A DNA stretch of 64,000 bases from Falsiroseomonas sp. (GTDB lineage Bacteria > Pseudomonadota > Alphaproteobacteria > Acetobacterales > Acetobacteraceae): contig NZ_JAUYTS010000079.1 in NCBI RefSeq assembly GCF_030695085.1, forward strand, positions 15,208-79,207, written 5' to 3'. The notes below the pieces were generated by a model. It had not been told where the DNA came from. It did no database searches and saw only the letters and a list, made by a program, of their open reading frames with translations. Made by a program: the position numbers and the translations under genes. Shown in pieces: positions 1-18,042 of the stretch (the stretch's first letter is position 1; every line of letters starts with the position of its first letter).

Positions 1-95
1 ACGAGCGCAACATCCGCGGCTGCGGTGATCAGCCCTGCGGTGGCATCCGCATCGAGTGGGCCGAGCGAAATCCTGGGGGTAGCGAACGATTTCAC
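1..95 (-). CDS. ppsR: Transcriptional regulator PpsR/CrtJ, 5' end only (runs off the window)
   Basis: Manual translation from GTG at 95 on the minus strand gives (M)KSFATPRISLGPLDADATAGLITAAADVALV, resembling the PpsR N-terminus (..LDA..AA.LI.AAADVALV). It lies directly downstream of aerR/ppaA, the usual order. Not in the ORF track because it is truncated. Confidence 0.8.
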   Translation of the reverse strand, partial: MKSFATPRISLGPLDADATAGLITAAADVAL

Positions 96-191
96 GAACC
101 ATTGCGTCCTTCATCCCGAGGGTCCCCTCCCCAGCCGAGCCTCCTGAGCATCCACACGTCTTCATTCACATCCTGCCGGGAAGCCCCCGGC

Positions 192-1151
192 TTAGGCCTC
201 ACGCATCAGCAGAGCCAGTAGCGTCTCCGCCTTCAGCGCTGCTTGTTGACCGTCTGCCGCCGTTGCATCCGCGCCCACCAGCGCGGCCAGCTCCGGCCGA
301 TCGACGAAGACCCGTCCGCCGACGAGCACCCCGATCTGCGGGTTGCGGGAGGCGCGTCGCACCGCCCGGATGGTGGTGGCCAGGACCTCAAGATGATCCT
401 CGCTGGCCATCGAGAAGCCGATGGCGGCGAACCATTGCCGCCGCACCACCGCCGACAACTCCTTGGCGGTGGTGCCGGTGCCGGAGGAAACCTCCCACCC
501 CTGGCGCCGGAAGAATTCGCCGACCATGACCAGGCCAAAGCTGTGCTGCTCACCCGGTACCGGGGCCAGCAGGATCCGGCGTTCCACATCGCCGCGGCCG
601 AGTCGCGGCTGGAAGGCGGGGCTGTTCTCCAGCACCACCTGCTGCAGGCAGCACAGGCCGATGGTGACCGCCGTGAAGTCGCAGCGGTCCTGTTCCCACA
701 TCTCGCCGAGATGCCGGGCGACCGGGGCCAGCAGGTACAGATAGATCCGCTCCAGCGGCATGCCGCGCCCGGTGAGGCCGCCGACATAGGCGAGTGCGCC
801 GCTGAGGTCGCCCTGCAGGGCCAGGCCGGCAACGACGGAGATATCCTCCGGCTGCGGCATGCTGGCGCCGGGGCTGTCGATATAGGCGGGCGTATTGGCT
901 TCGCGCCGCGAAAGCACCAGGCGGGGGATCACCTCCGTCTCCAGGGTGCGGGCCAGCAGGGCGACGCGCCGGCGCTCGGCGTTCGCAGGCCGGATGCGCG
1001 CGGGCGGCGCACGGGGGCTGGCAGGCGGCGACCACCTGTCGCTGCCGGCGGGGTCGCGGCCATGGCCGGAATGCGGGGCGGACCCTGCCTCCTGCGCCTG
1101 GCTGGCGGTTTCCGCCATGTGCTGTGCTGCCATCATCGGCTTCGCGGACAT
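192..1151 (-). CDS. ppaA: Cobalamin-binding antirepressor AerR/PpaA
   Basis: B12-binding motif EQHSFG (ExHxxG), WEQDRCDFTAVTIG helix bundle, GGAGG RBS upstream of ATG 1151, divergent from bchF and upstream of ppsR. Confidence 0.93.
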   Translation of the reverse strand: MSAKPMMAAQHMAETASQAQEAGSAPHSGHGRDPAGSDRWSPPASPRAPPARIRPANAERRRVALLARTLETEVIPRLVLSRREANTPAYIDSPGASMPQPEDISVVAGLALQGDLSGALAYVGGLTGRGMPLERIYLYLLAPVARHLGEMWEQDRCDFTAVTIGLCCLQQVVLENSPAFQPRLGRGDVERRILLAPVPGEQHSFGLVMVGEFFRRQGWEVSSGTGTTAKELSAVVRRQWFAAIGFSMASEDHLEVLATTIRAVRRASRNPQIGVLVGGRVFVDRPELAALVGADATAADGQQAALKAETLLALLMREA

Positions 1152-1194
1152 CGCCCCCTCCGGTGCTTCATACTTGAATGCCGACGCCCTCCCC

Positions 1195-1228
1195 TGTCAA
1201 CCGCGATTTACGTCAATCGTGCTTGACA
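1195..1228. promoter_or_regulatory. Two overlapping PpsR-like boxes in the ppaA/bchF divergent region
   Basis: TGTCAA-CCGCGA-TTTACG (1195-1212) and CGTCAA-TCGTGC-TTGACA (1211-1228); each has one mismatch to TGT-N12-ACA. Confidence 0.7.
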
Positions 1229-1418
1229 CTGTGAGCGCCGGGCCTCTAGCCTCCCTGAACAAGCACGGTGTGGGAGAGAAAAAGATGCGCAGGGAAGCGG
1301 CCAAGCCGGCCAACAAGCGCAGTCTTCTCGGACATTTCCCCCATCGCGGGCTGCCGGCCAGGGGCCACGGCAGCCGTCTGCGGACAGCGGACCGCCTTTG
1401 ACGGAGGGTTGTCAAGCC

Positions 1419-3277
<1,859 letters not shown>

Positions 3278-3281
3278 CACC

Positions 3282-4865
3282 ATGCAGCTCGCGCTCTGGA
3301 CCTATGAAGGCCCCCCCCATATCGGCGCGATGCGCGTCGCCACCGCGATGGAAGGCGTGCACTACGTGCTGCACGCCCCGCAGGGCGATACCTACGCCGA
3401 CCTGCTGTTCACCATGATCGAGCGCCGCGCCAAGCGCCCGCCCGTCACCTACACCACCTTCCAGGCGCGCGACCTCGGCGGCGATACGGCAAACCTGTTC
3501 CGTGAGGCTGTGCTGGATGCCTATGAGCGGTTTAAGCCGCAGGCAATGCTGGTGGGTGCAAGCTGCACGGCGGAGCTGATCCAGGATGATCCGGGCGGGC
3601 TGGCGAAGACGCTGGGTCTGCCGATTCCCGTGGTGCCGCTGGAACTGCCTGCCTATCAGCGCAAGGAAAACTGGGGCGCATCCGAGACCTTCTACCAGCT
3701 GGTGCGCGCCTGCGCCGGTCCGCATGTGCCGAAGCCCGGTACGGTGCGGCCGAAGAACGCCACGCCCCGCTGCAACATCCTCGGCCCCACCGCACTCGGC
3801 TTCCGTCACCGGGACGATGTTCCGGAAGTTGAGCGCCTGCTGGAGACGCTCGGGATCGAGACGCATGTGATCGCGCCGATGGGCGCGACGCCGGCCGATC
3901 TCGCGACGCTGGGTGATGCCGATTTCAATGTGGTGCTGTACCCGGAAGTCGCCGGACAGGCGGCCGCCTGGCTGCGCCGCAGCTTCGGCCAGCCTTGCAC
4001 CACGGTGGTGCCGATCGGTGTCGGCGCGACGCGGGATTTCGTGCAGGAAGTGGCGAAGCTGGCCGGTGTGCCGGCGACCACGGCCGAAGGCACGCTGCGG
4101 CTGCCGTGGTACTCGCGCTCCGTCGACAGCACCTACCTGACCGGCAAGCGTGTTTTCATCTTCGGCGATGCGACGCATGCGATCGCGGCGGCGCGGGTGG
4201 CGGAGAAGGAGCTTGGCTTCACCGTGGTGGGCCTCGGCAGTTATTCCCGTGAATTCGGCCGCGAGATCCGCGCCGCCGCCGCGCTGCATGGCGTGGAGCC
4301 GCTGATCACCGACGACTACCTGGAGGTCGAGGCGCAAATCACGGCGCTGCAGCCGGAGCTGGTGCTGGGTACGCAGATGGAACGCCATGTGGCCAAGCGC
4401 CTCGGCGTGCCGTGCGCGGTGATTTCGGCGCCAGTGCATGTGCAGGATTTCCCGGCGCGCAATTCGCCGCAGATGGGTCTCGAAGGCGCGAATGTGCTGT
4501 TCGACACCTGGGTCCACCCCCTGATGATGGGGCTGGAGGAACATCTTCTCGGCATGTTCCGCGAGGATTTCGAGTTCAACGACGTGCAGCCCAGCCATCT
4601 TGGCCATGGTGCGCCGTCACAGTCGGGCAAAGAGGCCGCGCCCGCCGCGCAGCCCATGCCCGTGCCCGCGGCGGAGACTCCCCACTCCGCCGCGGGCGCC
4701 CCTTTGCTCGCCTGGGGCCAGGATGCCGAGAAGGAGCTGAAGAAGATTCCCTTCTTCGTCCGTGGCAAGGCCCGGCGCAACACCGAACGATTCGCGCAGG
4801 AGCGTGGGATCGGGACCATCACGATCGAGACGCTTTACGACGCGAAAGCGCATTTTTCGCGGTGA
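3282..4865 (+). CDS. bchB: Dark-operative protochlorophyllide reductase subunit B
   Basis: [21 protein letters not shown]-terminus and C-terminal PCP_red domain ([18 protein letters not shown]). Confidence 0.98.
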   Translation: MQLALWTYEGPPHIGAMRVATAMEGVHYVLHAPQGDTYADLLFTMIERRAKRPPVTYTTFQARDLGGDTANLFREAVLDAYERFKPQAMLVGASCTAELIQDDPGGLAKTLGLPIPVVPLELPAYQRKENWGASETFYQLVRACAGPHVPKPGTVRPKNATPRCNILGPTALGFRHRDDVPEVERLLETLGIETHVIAPMGATPADLATLGDADFNVVLYPEVAGQAAAWLRRSFGQPCTTVVPIGVGATRDFVQEVAKLAGVPATTAEGTLRLPWYSRSVDSTYLTGKRVFIFGDATHAIAAARVAEKELGFTVVGLGSYSREFGREIRAAAALHGVEPLITDDYLEVEAQITALQPELVLGTQMERHVAKRLGVPCAVISAPVHVQDFPARNSPQMGLEGANVLFDTWVHPLMMGLEEHLLGMFREDFEFNDVQPSHLGHGAPSQSGKEAAPAAQPMPVPAAETPHSAAGAPLLAWGQDAEKELKKIPFFVRGKARRNTERFAQERGIGTITIETLYDAKAHFSR

Positions 4866-4898
4866 GATATTTCTCTCACCGCCGCACCGGAGGGCCGG

Positions 4899-10126
<5,228 letters not shown>

Positions 10127-10130
<4 letters not shown>

Positions 10131-11557
10131 AGCGCCCCGGCAGGATCATCCGGATGTGGCAGGGCGTGGGGCCGCATCTGCTACCCTTCGCCAACGCCAC
10201 ATCCGAACGCCTGCCGATGTCGCGGCTGCTGCGGCTGTCGCTGTTCCAGATTTCCTGTGGCATGGCAGCGGTACTGCTGGTCGGCACGCTGAACCGCGTG
10301 ATGATCGTGGAGCTGAAGGTCTCCGCCTGGCTGGTCGCCACCATGGTGGCGCTGCCACTGGTTTTCGCGCCGCTGCGGGCGCTGATCGGATTCAAGTCCG
10401 ACACCTACAAATCCGTGCTCGGCTGGCGCCGCGTGCCCTATCTGTGGCTCGGCACGATCATCCAGTTCGGCGGCCTGGCGATGATGCCCTTTGCGCTGCT
10501 GGTCCTGGCCGGGGACACCTGGGCGGATCCCTGGACCGGACAATTGGCCGCGGCCATCGCCTTCCTGATGACCGGCTTCGGCATGCACATGGTGCAGACG
10601 GTGGGCCTCGCCCTGGCCGCGGACCTGACACCGCGCGACCAGCAGCCGAATGTTGTGGCGATGCTTTCGGCCATGCAACTCGTCGGCATGGTTCTGGCTG
10701 GTCTGGTCTTCGGTGCGTTGCTGGCGGATTTCTCGCAGCTGCGGCTGATCCAGGTGGTGCAGGGCGCGGCGGCGCTGACGCTGGTTCTGAACCTGGTCGC
10801 GGTCTGGCAGCAGGAAGCACGCGATCCGTCCCGCACCGCGCGGACCGCGGAACGTGAGCCGACCTTCCTCGAAGCGTTCCACGCATTGCGGCAATCCGGG
10901 CCGTGGAACCGCCGCCTGCTGGGTGCCGGGTTGGGCACGGCCGGCTTCGCCATGCAGGACGTGCTGCTTGAGCCCTATGGAGGACAGATTCTTGGCCTGT
11001 CCGTGGGCGCGACCACCGGCCTGTCCGCGTTGCTCGCGGGCGGTGCGGTCATCGGCTTCCTGCGCGCGGCACGCCGCCTGCGACACGGCGCGGACCCGCA
11101 CCAGGTCGCGGCAACCGGCGGGTTGTTCGGCATTGCCGGCTTCACCGTGATCATCTTCTCCGGCGCCATCGGCAGCGGTGGGCTCTTCGCGGGCGGTGTG
11201 GCGCTGATCGGCCTTGGTGCCGGTCTGTTTGGCCACGCAACGCTCACGGCCTGCATGCGCGCGGCGCCGCCGGAGCAGACGGGCCTGGCACTCGGCGTCT
11301 GGGGCGCGGTGACGGCGACCTCGGCGGGGGTTGCCATCGCGCTGGGCGGAGTGTTGCGGGATCTGATTTCCGCGCTGGCAGAGGCCGGCGCGCTCGGCGA
11401 AGGCCTGGCACAGGCGGCTACCGGCTATGTCAGCATCTACCTGATCGAGATCGTGCTGCTGTTCATCACACTCGCCGTTGTCGGACCGCTGGTCCGCAGC
11501 CGCGGTGCGTCTCAAGCTCGCCCCGCAGCCGGCCTCGCCGGCGCGGCACAAATCTGA
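10127..11557 (+). CDS. lhaA: PucC-family (BCD-family MFS) LH1 assembly protein LhaA
   Basis: LPFANATSERLPMSRLLRLSLFQ, GTLNRVMIVEL and MQDVLLEPYGG motifs; lies between bchM and puhA. Confidence 0.94.
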
Positions 11558-11580
11558 CCAACAGGAAGCGGAGGCCTACA

Positions 11581-12357
11581 ATGCCCGGCGCACACCAATT
11601 CGTTCAAATGGATCTGGCGGCAGGGCTGCTCTACGCCTTCTTCGCCTTCTTCTTCATCCTGGTTCTCTGGCTGCATCGCGAAGGCAAGCGGGAGGGTTAT
11701 CCGCTGATCTCGGACCGGCCGAGCCACCCGCTGCGCGTGCCGATCGAGGGTTTCCCCGGCGTGCCGCCGCTGAAGGTCTTCAAGCTGAAGCATGAGGACC
11801 ATCACGCGGCGACACGTACCGAGCGCGACCTGACCGGATTGGTGGTGCCGGCCGATGGCTATCCCGGCGCGCCGCTGATCCCGACGGGCGATGCGATGCG
11901 CGACGGTATTGGCCCGGCCGCCTATGCCGAGCGGGCCGACGTGCCGGACCTGGCCTTCGACGATGATCTGCCGAAAATCATTCCGCTGCGGGCGGCGCAC
12001 GGCTTCACCATCGGTGAAACGGACCCGGATCCGCGCGGCAAGCCGGTCATCACGCTGGATGGCAAGGTGGCCGGCGTGGTCGTGGACCTCTGGGTCGACC
12101 GGTCCGAGATGATCCTCCGCTATCTGGAGGTCGAGGCCACCGGCGCCGCGCGGCGCGTGCTGGTGCCGATGTTCCTGGCCACCATCAATTCCGCCGGCAC
12201 GGTACGCGTGATCTCCGTCACCGCCGCACAGCTGGCGGCTGCCCCGGCCATCGCGCAGCCGGAGCAAATCACGCTGCTGGAGGAAGACAAGGTCGCGGCG
12301 TATTTCGGCGGCGGGCATTTCTACGCGACGCCCGAGCGCAGCGAGGCACTGGTATGA
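11581..12357 (+). CDS. puhA: Reaction center H subunit
   Basis: N-terminal TM helix followed by KREGYPL; PRC-barrel (DPRGKPVITLDGKVAGVVVDLWVDRSE, RYLEVE); QITLLEEDKV; GGAGG RBS. Confidence 0.96.
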   Translation: MPGAHQFVQMDLAAGLLYAFFAFFFILVLWLHREGKREGYPLISDRPSHPLRVPIEGFPGVPPLKVFKLKHEDHHAATRTERDLTGLVVPADGYPGAPLIPTGDAMRDGIGPAAYAERADVPDLAFDDDLPKIIPLRAAHGFTIGETDPDPRGKPVITLDGKVAGVVVDLWVDRSEMILRYLEVEATGAARRVLVPMFLATINSAGTVRVISVTAAQLAAAPAIAQPEQITLLEEDKVAAYFGGGHFYATPERSEALV

Positions 12358-13019
12358 GCCGGCATCCCGAAGTCCAGGAGCATGACGGGGAAGACGTCCC
12401 CGGCCTGCCCGGTCCGCTGCCGAAGGGTGAAAACATCCTTTGGCAGGGTGCGCCCGAATGGCAGGGCATTGCACGGCGCGCGCTGTTCGTGCGCGGCATC
12501 GCGATCTATTTCATCCTGCTCGCGGTGCTGCGTGGCGGCGACCTGACCTCGCAGGGCGCGGGCGCGATGGAGGCGGTGGCCGAGGGGCTGCTGCTGGTGG
12601 TGATCGGCGCCGTGCCGGTGGCGCTGCTGCTGCTGTTCGCCGGACTATCGGCGCGCACCAGCCTGTACACCATCACGACGCGGCGGATCGTCATGCGCGT
12701 CGGCGTGGCACTGCCGATGACCATCAACATCCCCTTCGTGCTCATCGACAAGGCCGATGTGGCAAAGCATGCGGATGGCACCGGGGACGTGATGGTGACG
12801 CTGGCGAAGCCGCACCGGGTGTCCTGGCTGGCCCTATGGCCGCATATCCGGCCCTTCCGCATTTCGCATCCGCAACCCATGTTGCGGGCGTTGAAGGATG
12901 CGGATGTGGCGGCGCAGGTCCTGTCCCGCGCCCTGGCGGCCGCGGCCTCCGTGCCGGTGCCGGCAGTGGCGGCGAGCGGTGAGGCGCGCAAGCCGGGCCA
13001 CGCCGAAGCGATGGCCTGA
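12354..13019 (+). CDS. puhB: Photosynthetic complex assembly protein PuhB
   Basis: PGLPGPLPKGENILWQGAP, YTITTRRIVMRVGVALPMTINIPF and LWPHIRPFR motifs. Confidence 0.93.
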   Translation: MSRHPEVQEHDGEDVPGLPGPLPKGENILWQGAPEWQGIARRALFVRGIAIYFILLAVLRGGDLTSQGAGAMEAVAEGLLLVVIGAVPVALLLLFAGLSARTSLYTITTRRIVMRVGVALPMTINIPFVLIDKADVAKHADGTGDVMVTLAKPHRVSWLALWPHIRPFRISHPQPMLRALKDADVAAQVLSRALAAAASVPVPAVAASGEARKPGHAEAMA

Positions 13020-13036
13020 GAGAAGGAGGGAAGGTG

Positions 13037-13483
13037 ATGTCACAGACCATCGAGACCAACCCCATCCTGCGCCGCCCGGCCCTGGTCTGCGGCAGCATGA
13101 TCGCGGGCGTGCTGGCGCTGGTGCTGGCCTCACCCTTCCTGCCCAGCGCGCGGGATGGCGTGGTGCCGGTGGCGCTGGCGCAGCGCGACCTGTTCTTCTC
13201 CGATCGTGGCGATGGTGGTGTGGTGGTCAGCGATTCGCGTGATGGCCGGCAGGTGGCGGTGCTGGAGCCCGGCGAGGGTGGCTTCGTTCGCGGCACGGTG
13301 CGGGGCCTGGTGCGCGAAAGGAAGCGCGAGGATATCGGTTCCGCCATACCGTTCCGCCTCACGGCATGGCAGACTGGCCAGATCACGCTGGAGGACCAGG
13401 CTACGGGCCGCAAGCTGGACCTGACGGGCTTCGGTCAGACGAATGCAGGGGCCTTTGTGCGTTTCTTGTCAAACAGGGAGTAA
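13037..13483 (+). CDS. puhC: Photosynthetic complex assembly protein PuhC
   Basis: One TM helix, then GFVRGTVRGLVRERKR and LEDQATGRKLDLTGFGQTN. Confidence 0.92.
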   Translation: MSQTIETNPILRRPALVCGSMIAGVLALVLASPFLPSARDGVVPVALAQRDLFFSDRGDGGVVVSDSRDGRQVAVLEPGEGGFVRGTVRGLVRERKREDIGSAIPFRLTAWQTGQITLEDQATGRKLDLTGFGQTNAGAFVRFLSNRE

Positions 13484-13488
13484 CCAGG

Positions 13489-13818
13489 ATGAACGGCCGC
13501 TGGGGAGTGGGCCGGGCGATCTTCGGGGGTGAAACACTCGAAGTGCCCTGCACGGTGGATATCGAGAGAACGGCGGACAGCTTTCACGCCTATGCCGTGC
13601 CGGAGGGCGTTTTCCTGCGCCCCGGCGACCAGGTCATCGTGCATGGCACGCCGGGGCATGTGGCATTCGGCGAGCGCATGACCTTCGAGACGCGGGCAAC
13701 GGTGCTGCGCGCCGGGCCGCTGACGCGCTTCTGGACCCAGTGGGTCGCAATCTTCGAGCTGACCGAATTGTACCATTGCGGCTTCGAGCCGAAGGAGGCC
13801 ATCGCATGGAACGCCTGA
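13489..13818 (+). CDS. Conserved hypothetical PGC protein between puhC and acsF
   Basis: 109 aa ([31 protein letters not shown]); occupies the usual slot of a small conserved ORF upstream of acsF. Confidence 0.75.
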   Translation: MNGRWGVGRAIFGGETLEVPCTVDIERTADSFHAYAVPEGVFLRPGDQVIVHGTPGHVAFGERMTFETRATVLRAGPLTRFWTQWVAIFELTELYHCGFEPKEAIAWNA

Positions 13819-14930
13819 TCCTGGATGGGCCCGCCATTGTCGAGCCTTCGGTTGCCGCGGGTAACACGCCGGGTGGACGCCCGGATGCGGATGGTGTCGC
13901 AACCAAGATGGCGCTGACCGAGACGGTGCTCTCGCCGCGCTTCTACACCACCGATTTCGCGGCGATGGACCGCATCAGCATTGAGGCCGTGCGGCCGCAA
14001 TGGGATGCGATGATGGCAGAATTCCACGCCGACCCGAACAAGGGGCATTTTACCCGCACATCGGAATTCGACGAATACGACATCACGACGCTGCCGGAGC
14101 CACTGCAGAAGGAGCTGCTGGATTTCCTCGTCAGCTCCGTTACCGCCGAGTTCTCCGGCTGCGTGCTGTATGCGGAAATCAAGAAGCGCGTGACCAACCC
14201 GGACATGAAGGACATCTTCAGCGTCATGGCACGCGATGAAAGCCGGCATGCCGGCTTCATCAACGATGCGCTGAAGGATCTGGGCGTCGGCGTCGACCTC
14301 GGCTTCCTGACCAGGGCGAAGAAGTACCACTACTTCCAGCCGAAGTTCATCTTCTACGCCACCTACCTGTCCGAGAAGATCGGCTACGCACGCTACATCA
14401 CCATCTTCCGCCAGTTCGAGCGGCACCCGGAGCTGCGTTTTCACCCGATTTTCAAATGGTTCGAGAATTGGTGCAATGACGAGTTCCGCCATGGCGAAGC
14501 CTTCGCCCTGCTGATGCGCGCCAACCCGCATCTGCTGTCCGGCGGCAACGTCTATTGGGTGCGGTTTTTCCAGCTCGCGGTCTTCGCCACGATGTATGTG
14601 CGCGACCATGCGCGGCCGGAATTCCACAAGGCGCTTGGCATGACGCCGACCGAATACGACATGAAGGTCTTCCGCATCACGGAGGAGATTTGCCGGCAGG
14701 TCTTCCCCGCCACGCTCGACGTGGACAATCCCAGCTTCCTGCGGGGGCTGGAGCGGCTGCGGAAGATCGGTGACGGCATTGCCGCGGCCAAGGCCCGGGG
14801 CGGCATCGTGGGCGGTATCAAGCGCGCCGGGCTGACGGCGGCGGCGGCGGCGAGTTTCGCGCGGCTGTACTTCCTGCCGCCGCGGCGGCAGGCGCTGCCG
14901 GCCGATCCACGTCTCTCGCCGGCCTGGTAG
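13806..14930 (+). CDS. acsF: Aerobic Mg-protoporphyrin IX monomethyl ester cyclase
   Basis: [22 protein letters not shown] and di-iron motifs DESRHAGF and DEFRHGE. Confidence 0.97.
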   Translation: MERLILDGPAIVEPSVAAGNTPGGRPDADGVATKMALTETVLSPRFYTTDFAAMDRISIEAVRPQWDAMMAEFHADPNKGHFTRTSEFDEYDITTLPEPLQKELLDFLVSSVTAEFSGCVLYAEIKKRVTNPDMKDIFSVMARDESRHAGFINDALKDLGVGVDLGFLTRAKKYHYFQPKFIFYATYLSEKIGYARYITIFRQFERHPELRFHPIFKWFENWCNDEFRHGEAFALLMRANPHLLSGGNVYWVRFFQLAVFATMYVRDHARPEFHKALGMTPTEYDMKVFRITEEICRQVFPATLDVDNPSFLRGLERLRKIGDGIAAAKARGGIVGGIKRAGLTAAAAASFARLYFLPPRRQALPADPRLSPAW

Positions 14931-14936
14931 AGCATC

Positions 14937-15773
14937 ATGGCCGAGCATGGGCTGCCCGCGCTGTTCACGCTGTTCATCTGGTGGTTCAGCACGGGCATCA
15001 TCCTGTACCTGGATGGGCTGCGGCGGGAGACCTATCGCTGGACCATGCTCGGCGCGACCATCCTGCTGGTGGCGGCCCTGGCCGGGCTGCATGCCTCGGC
15101 CTGGGACCTGACGACACGCGGCGCCTATCTCGGCTTCCTCGGCGGGCTTCTGGTGTGGGCCTGGATCGAAATGGCGTTCCTCACCGGCCTCGTCACCGGA
15201 CCGCGCCGCACCGCCTGCCCACCGGGTGCCACCGGCTGGCCGCGGCTGCGTGCGGCGCTGGCGGCGGTGCTATGGCATGAACTGGCGATCATCGCGGGGG
15301 CCGCCTGCATCGCGCTGGCCACCTGGGACGCGCCGAACCGTATCGGGCTTTGGACCTTCCTGGCCTTCTGGATCATGCGGCAATCCGCCAAGCTGAATGT
15401 CTATCTTGGCGTACGGAACCTGGCGGAGTCCTTCCTGCCGGATCACCTGCGCTACCTCGAGAGCTTCTTCCGCCGGCGCCGGATGAATGCATTGCTGCCG
15501 TTCTCCGTCGTTGCCGGCATCCTGGCCTGCGGTCTGCTTGTGCAGCAGGCCATCGCGCCGGACGCGTCACCGCATGAGGTGACGGGCTACACGCTACTCG
15601 CCACACTCGTCGCACTCGGCCTGATCGAGCACATCTTCATGGTGATGCCCGTGCCCGCCGATGCGCTGTGGCGCTGGGGCCTTGCCTCACGCAAGGAAAA
15701 GCCAGTTCGTGACAGGATAGGGTGCGAGCCAACGCACTGCAGACCAGTTCCGGCCACAGGGGGTCCGAGATGA
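14937..15773 (+). CDS. puhE: Photosynthetic complex assembly protein PuhE
   Basis: [29 protein letters not shown] and [10 protein letters not shown] motifs; follows acsF. Confidence 0.93.
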   Translation: MAEHGLPALFTLFIWWFSTGIILYLDGLRRETYRWTMLGATILLVAALAGLHASAWDLTTRGAYLGFLGGLLVWAWIEMAFLTGLVTGPRRTACPPGATGWPRLRAALAAVLWHELAIIAGAACIALATWDAPNRIGLWTFLAFWIMRQSAKLNVYLGVRNLAESFLPDHLRYLESFFRRRRMNALLPFSVVAGILACGLLVQQAIAPDASPHEVTGYTLLATLVALGLIEHIFMVMPVPADALWRWGLASRKEKPVRDRIGCEPTHCRPVPATGGPR

Positions 15774-16981
15774 ACTACGAATCCTTCTTCCGTGCCCAGC
15801 TCGACGGCCTCCGGCGCGAGGGGCGCTATCGCGTCTTCGCCGATATCGAACGCCATGCCGGGCAGTTTCCGAAGGCCACGCGGCACCGCAACGGCAAGAC
15901 CTCCGAGGTCACCGTCTGGTGCTCGAACGACTATCTCGGCATGGGGCAGCACCCGAAGGTGCTGGCGGCGATGCACAAGGCGCTGGACCAGCATGGTGCG
16001 GGCGCCGGTGGCACGCGCAACATCTCCGGCACCAACCATGAACATGTTCTGCTGGAACGCGCGCTGGCGCGGCTGCATGGTACGGAAGACGCGCTGCTGT
16101 TCAATTCGGGCTACATGTCCAACTGGGCCTCGCTCTCCACCCTGGCGGCGCGGATGCCCGGCTGCGTGATCGTCTCCGATGAGATGAACCACGCCTCGAT
16201 GATCGAGGGCATGCGCCATTCCCGCGCCCAGCGCCGCATGTTCCGCCACAACGACCTGGTGGACCTGGAGCGCGTGCTGTCCGAGATCGACCCCTCCGCG
16301 CCGAAGCTGGTGGCGTTCGAGAGTGTCTATTCCATGGATGGCGACATCGCCCCGATCGCCGCCATCTGCGACCTGGCCGACAAATACGGCGCGATGACCT
16401 ATTGCGACGAGGTGCATGGCGTCGGCCTGTATGGTCCGAATGGCGGCGGCATCACGGATCGCGATGGCGTCTCGCATCGCCTGACGGTGATCGAGGGTAC
16501 GCTGGCCAAGGCGTTCGGCGTGATCGGCGGCTACATCGCCGGCTCCGCCGCCATGTGCGATTTCGTCCGCAGCTATGCCAGCGGCTTCATCTTCTCCACC
16601 GCGCTGCCGCCGGCGATCGCGGCCGGGGCACGCGCCTCCATCGAACACCTGATGGCCAGCGGCGTGGAGCGGGAACGGCTGCATGAACGGGCGGCGACGC
16701 TGCGCAAGCGGCTCGATGCCATCGGCGTGCCGCATCTCGACAACCCGAGCCACATCGTGCCGGTAATGGTGGGCGATCCCGTGGTGTGCAAGGCGATCAG
16801 TGACATCCTGCTGGATGATCACGGCGTCTATGTGCAGCCCATCAACTACCCCACCGTGCCGCGTGGCACCGAACGGCTGCGCATTACGCCCAGCCCGGTG
16901 CACAGCGATGCCGACATGGACCATCTGGTGGAGGCGCTGTCCGCCGTGTGGTCGCAATTCAGCCTGCAGCGGGCCGCCTGA
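15770..16981 (+). CDS. hemA: 5-aminolevulinate synthase
   Basis: [33 protein letters not shown] and GTLAKAFG (PLP lysine); ATGA overlap with puhE. Confidence 0.97.
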   Translation: MNYESFFRAQLDGLRREGRYRVFADIERHAGQFPKATRHRNGKTSEVTVWCSNDYLGMGQHPKVLAAMHKALDQHGAGAGGTRNISGTNHEHVLLERALARLHGTEDALLFNSGYMSNWASLSTLAARMPGCVIVSDEMNHASMIEGMRHSRAQRRMFRHNDLVDLERVLSEIDPSAPKLVAFESVYSMDGDIAPIAAICDLADKYGAMTYCDEVHGVGLYGPNGGGITDRDGVSHRLTVIEGTLAKAFGVIGGYIAGSAAMCDFVRSYASGFIFSTALPPAIAAGARASIEHLMASGVERERLHERAATLRKRLDAIGVPHLDNPSHIVPVMVGDPVVCKAISDILLDDHGVYVQPINYPTVPRGTERLRITPSPVHSDADMDHLVEALSAVWSQFSLQRAA

Positions 16982-17019
16982 TGCATATTGGAACCAGTAC
17001 CTTGACCAGCCGCAAGACC

Positions 17020-18042
17020 ATGACAGCGCGGCCGGTCTTCCCGTTCGATGCCATTGTCGGGCAGGACGAGATGAAGCTCGCCCTGCTGATCGCGGCGGTG
17101 GATCCTTCCATCGGCGGCGTGCTGGTGTTCGGCGATCGCGGCACCGGCAAATCCACCGCGGTACGTGCGCTCGCGGCGCTGCTGCCGCCGATGCAGGCTG
17201 TTGCCGGCTGCCGCTTTTCCTGCGATCCGGCGCGGCCGGAGGGGCTGTGCGACGCCTGCCGTGACTCCACGGATCTGGTTGTTGCCACGGTGCCGGTGCC
17301 GGTGGTCGATCTGCCGCTGGGCGCGACCGAGGACCGGGTTGCAGGCGCGCTGGATATCGAGCGTGCACTTGCGCAGGGCGAGAAGGCCTTCGAGCCCGGG
17401 CTGCTGGCCCGCGCGCATCGTGGCTTCCTCTACATCGACGAAGTGAATCTTCTGGAAGACCATCTGGTCGACCTGCTGCTGGATGTCGCCGCCTCGGGCG
17501 AGAATGTGGTGGAGCGGGAGGGCATCAGCATCCGCCACCCGGCGCGCTTCGTGCTGGTCGGCAGCGGTAATCCGGAGGAGGGAGAGCTGCGGCCGCAATT
17601 GCTGGACCGCTTCGGCCTGTCCGTCGATGTCCGCACGCCGACTGACCTCGCGACCCGCGTCGAGGTCATCAAGCGGCGCGATGCGTTCGAGCGCGATGGC
17701 GCCACCTTCCTCGCCAACTGGGCGGAGGCCGCCGCAGCGACGCGGGAGAAGATCCTGGCGGCGCGTGCGCTGCTGCCGGCGGTCGCGGTGCCGGATGTGA
17801 CGCTGGAAAATGCGGCGCGGCTGTGCATGGCGCTCGGCACGGATGGGCTGCGCGGCGAACTCACGCTGATCCGCACGGCGCGTGCCCTAGCGGCGCTGGA
17901 GGGTGATGAGGTGGTGGGCGTGCCGCATCTGCGCCGCATCGCCGCCCCCGCCTTGCGCCACCGCCTGCGCCGCAACCCGCTGGATGAAGCGGTGGCCACC
18001 ACCCGCGTGGATCGCGCCGTCACCGAGTTGTTCGGCGCGTGA
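17020..18042 (+). CDS. bchI: Magnesium chelatase ATPase subunit I (alternative start 16981, coupled to the hemA stop)
   Basis: FPFDAIVGQDEMK, GDRGTGKST, LYIDEVNLLEDHLVD and LRPQLLDRFGL motifs. Confidence 0.97.
   Translation: MTARPVFPFDAIVGQDEMKLALLIAAVDPSIGGVLVFGDRGTGKSTAVRALAALLPPMQAVAGCRFSCDPARPEGLCDACRDSTDLVVATVPVPVVDLPLGATEDRVAGALDIERALAQGEKAFEPGLLARAHRGFLYIDEVNLLEDHLVDLLLDVAASGENVVEREGISIRHPARFVLVGSGNPEEGELRPQLLDRFGLSVDVRTPTDLATRVEVIKRRDAFERDGATFLANWAEAAAATREKILAARALLPAVAVPDVTLENAARLCMALGTDGLRGELTLIRTARALAALEGDEVVGVPHLRRIAAPALRHRLRRNPLDEAVATTRVDRAVTELFGA

Noticed and set aside
1-191. Apparent absence of bchG, bchP, pucC/bch2, idi, bchE/J and cycA
   Set aside because: The cluster continues beyond the left edge (ppsR is truncated), and these genes normally lie there or elsewhere, so absence cannot be claimed.
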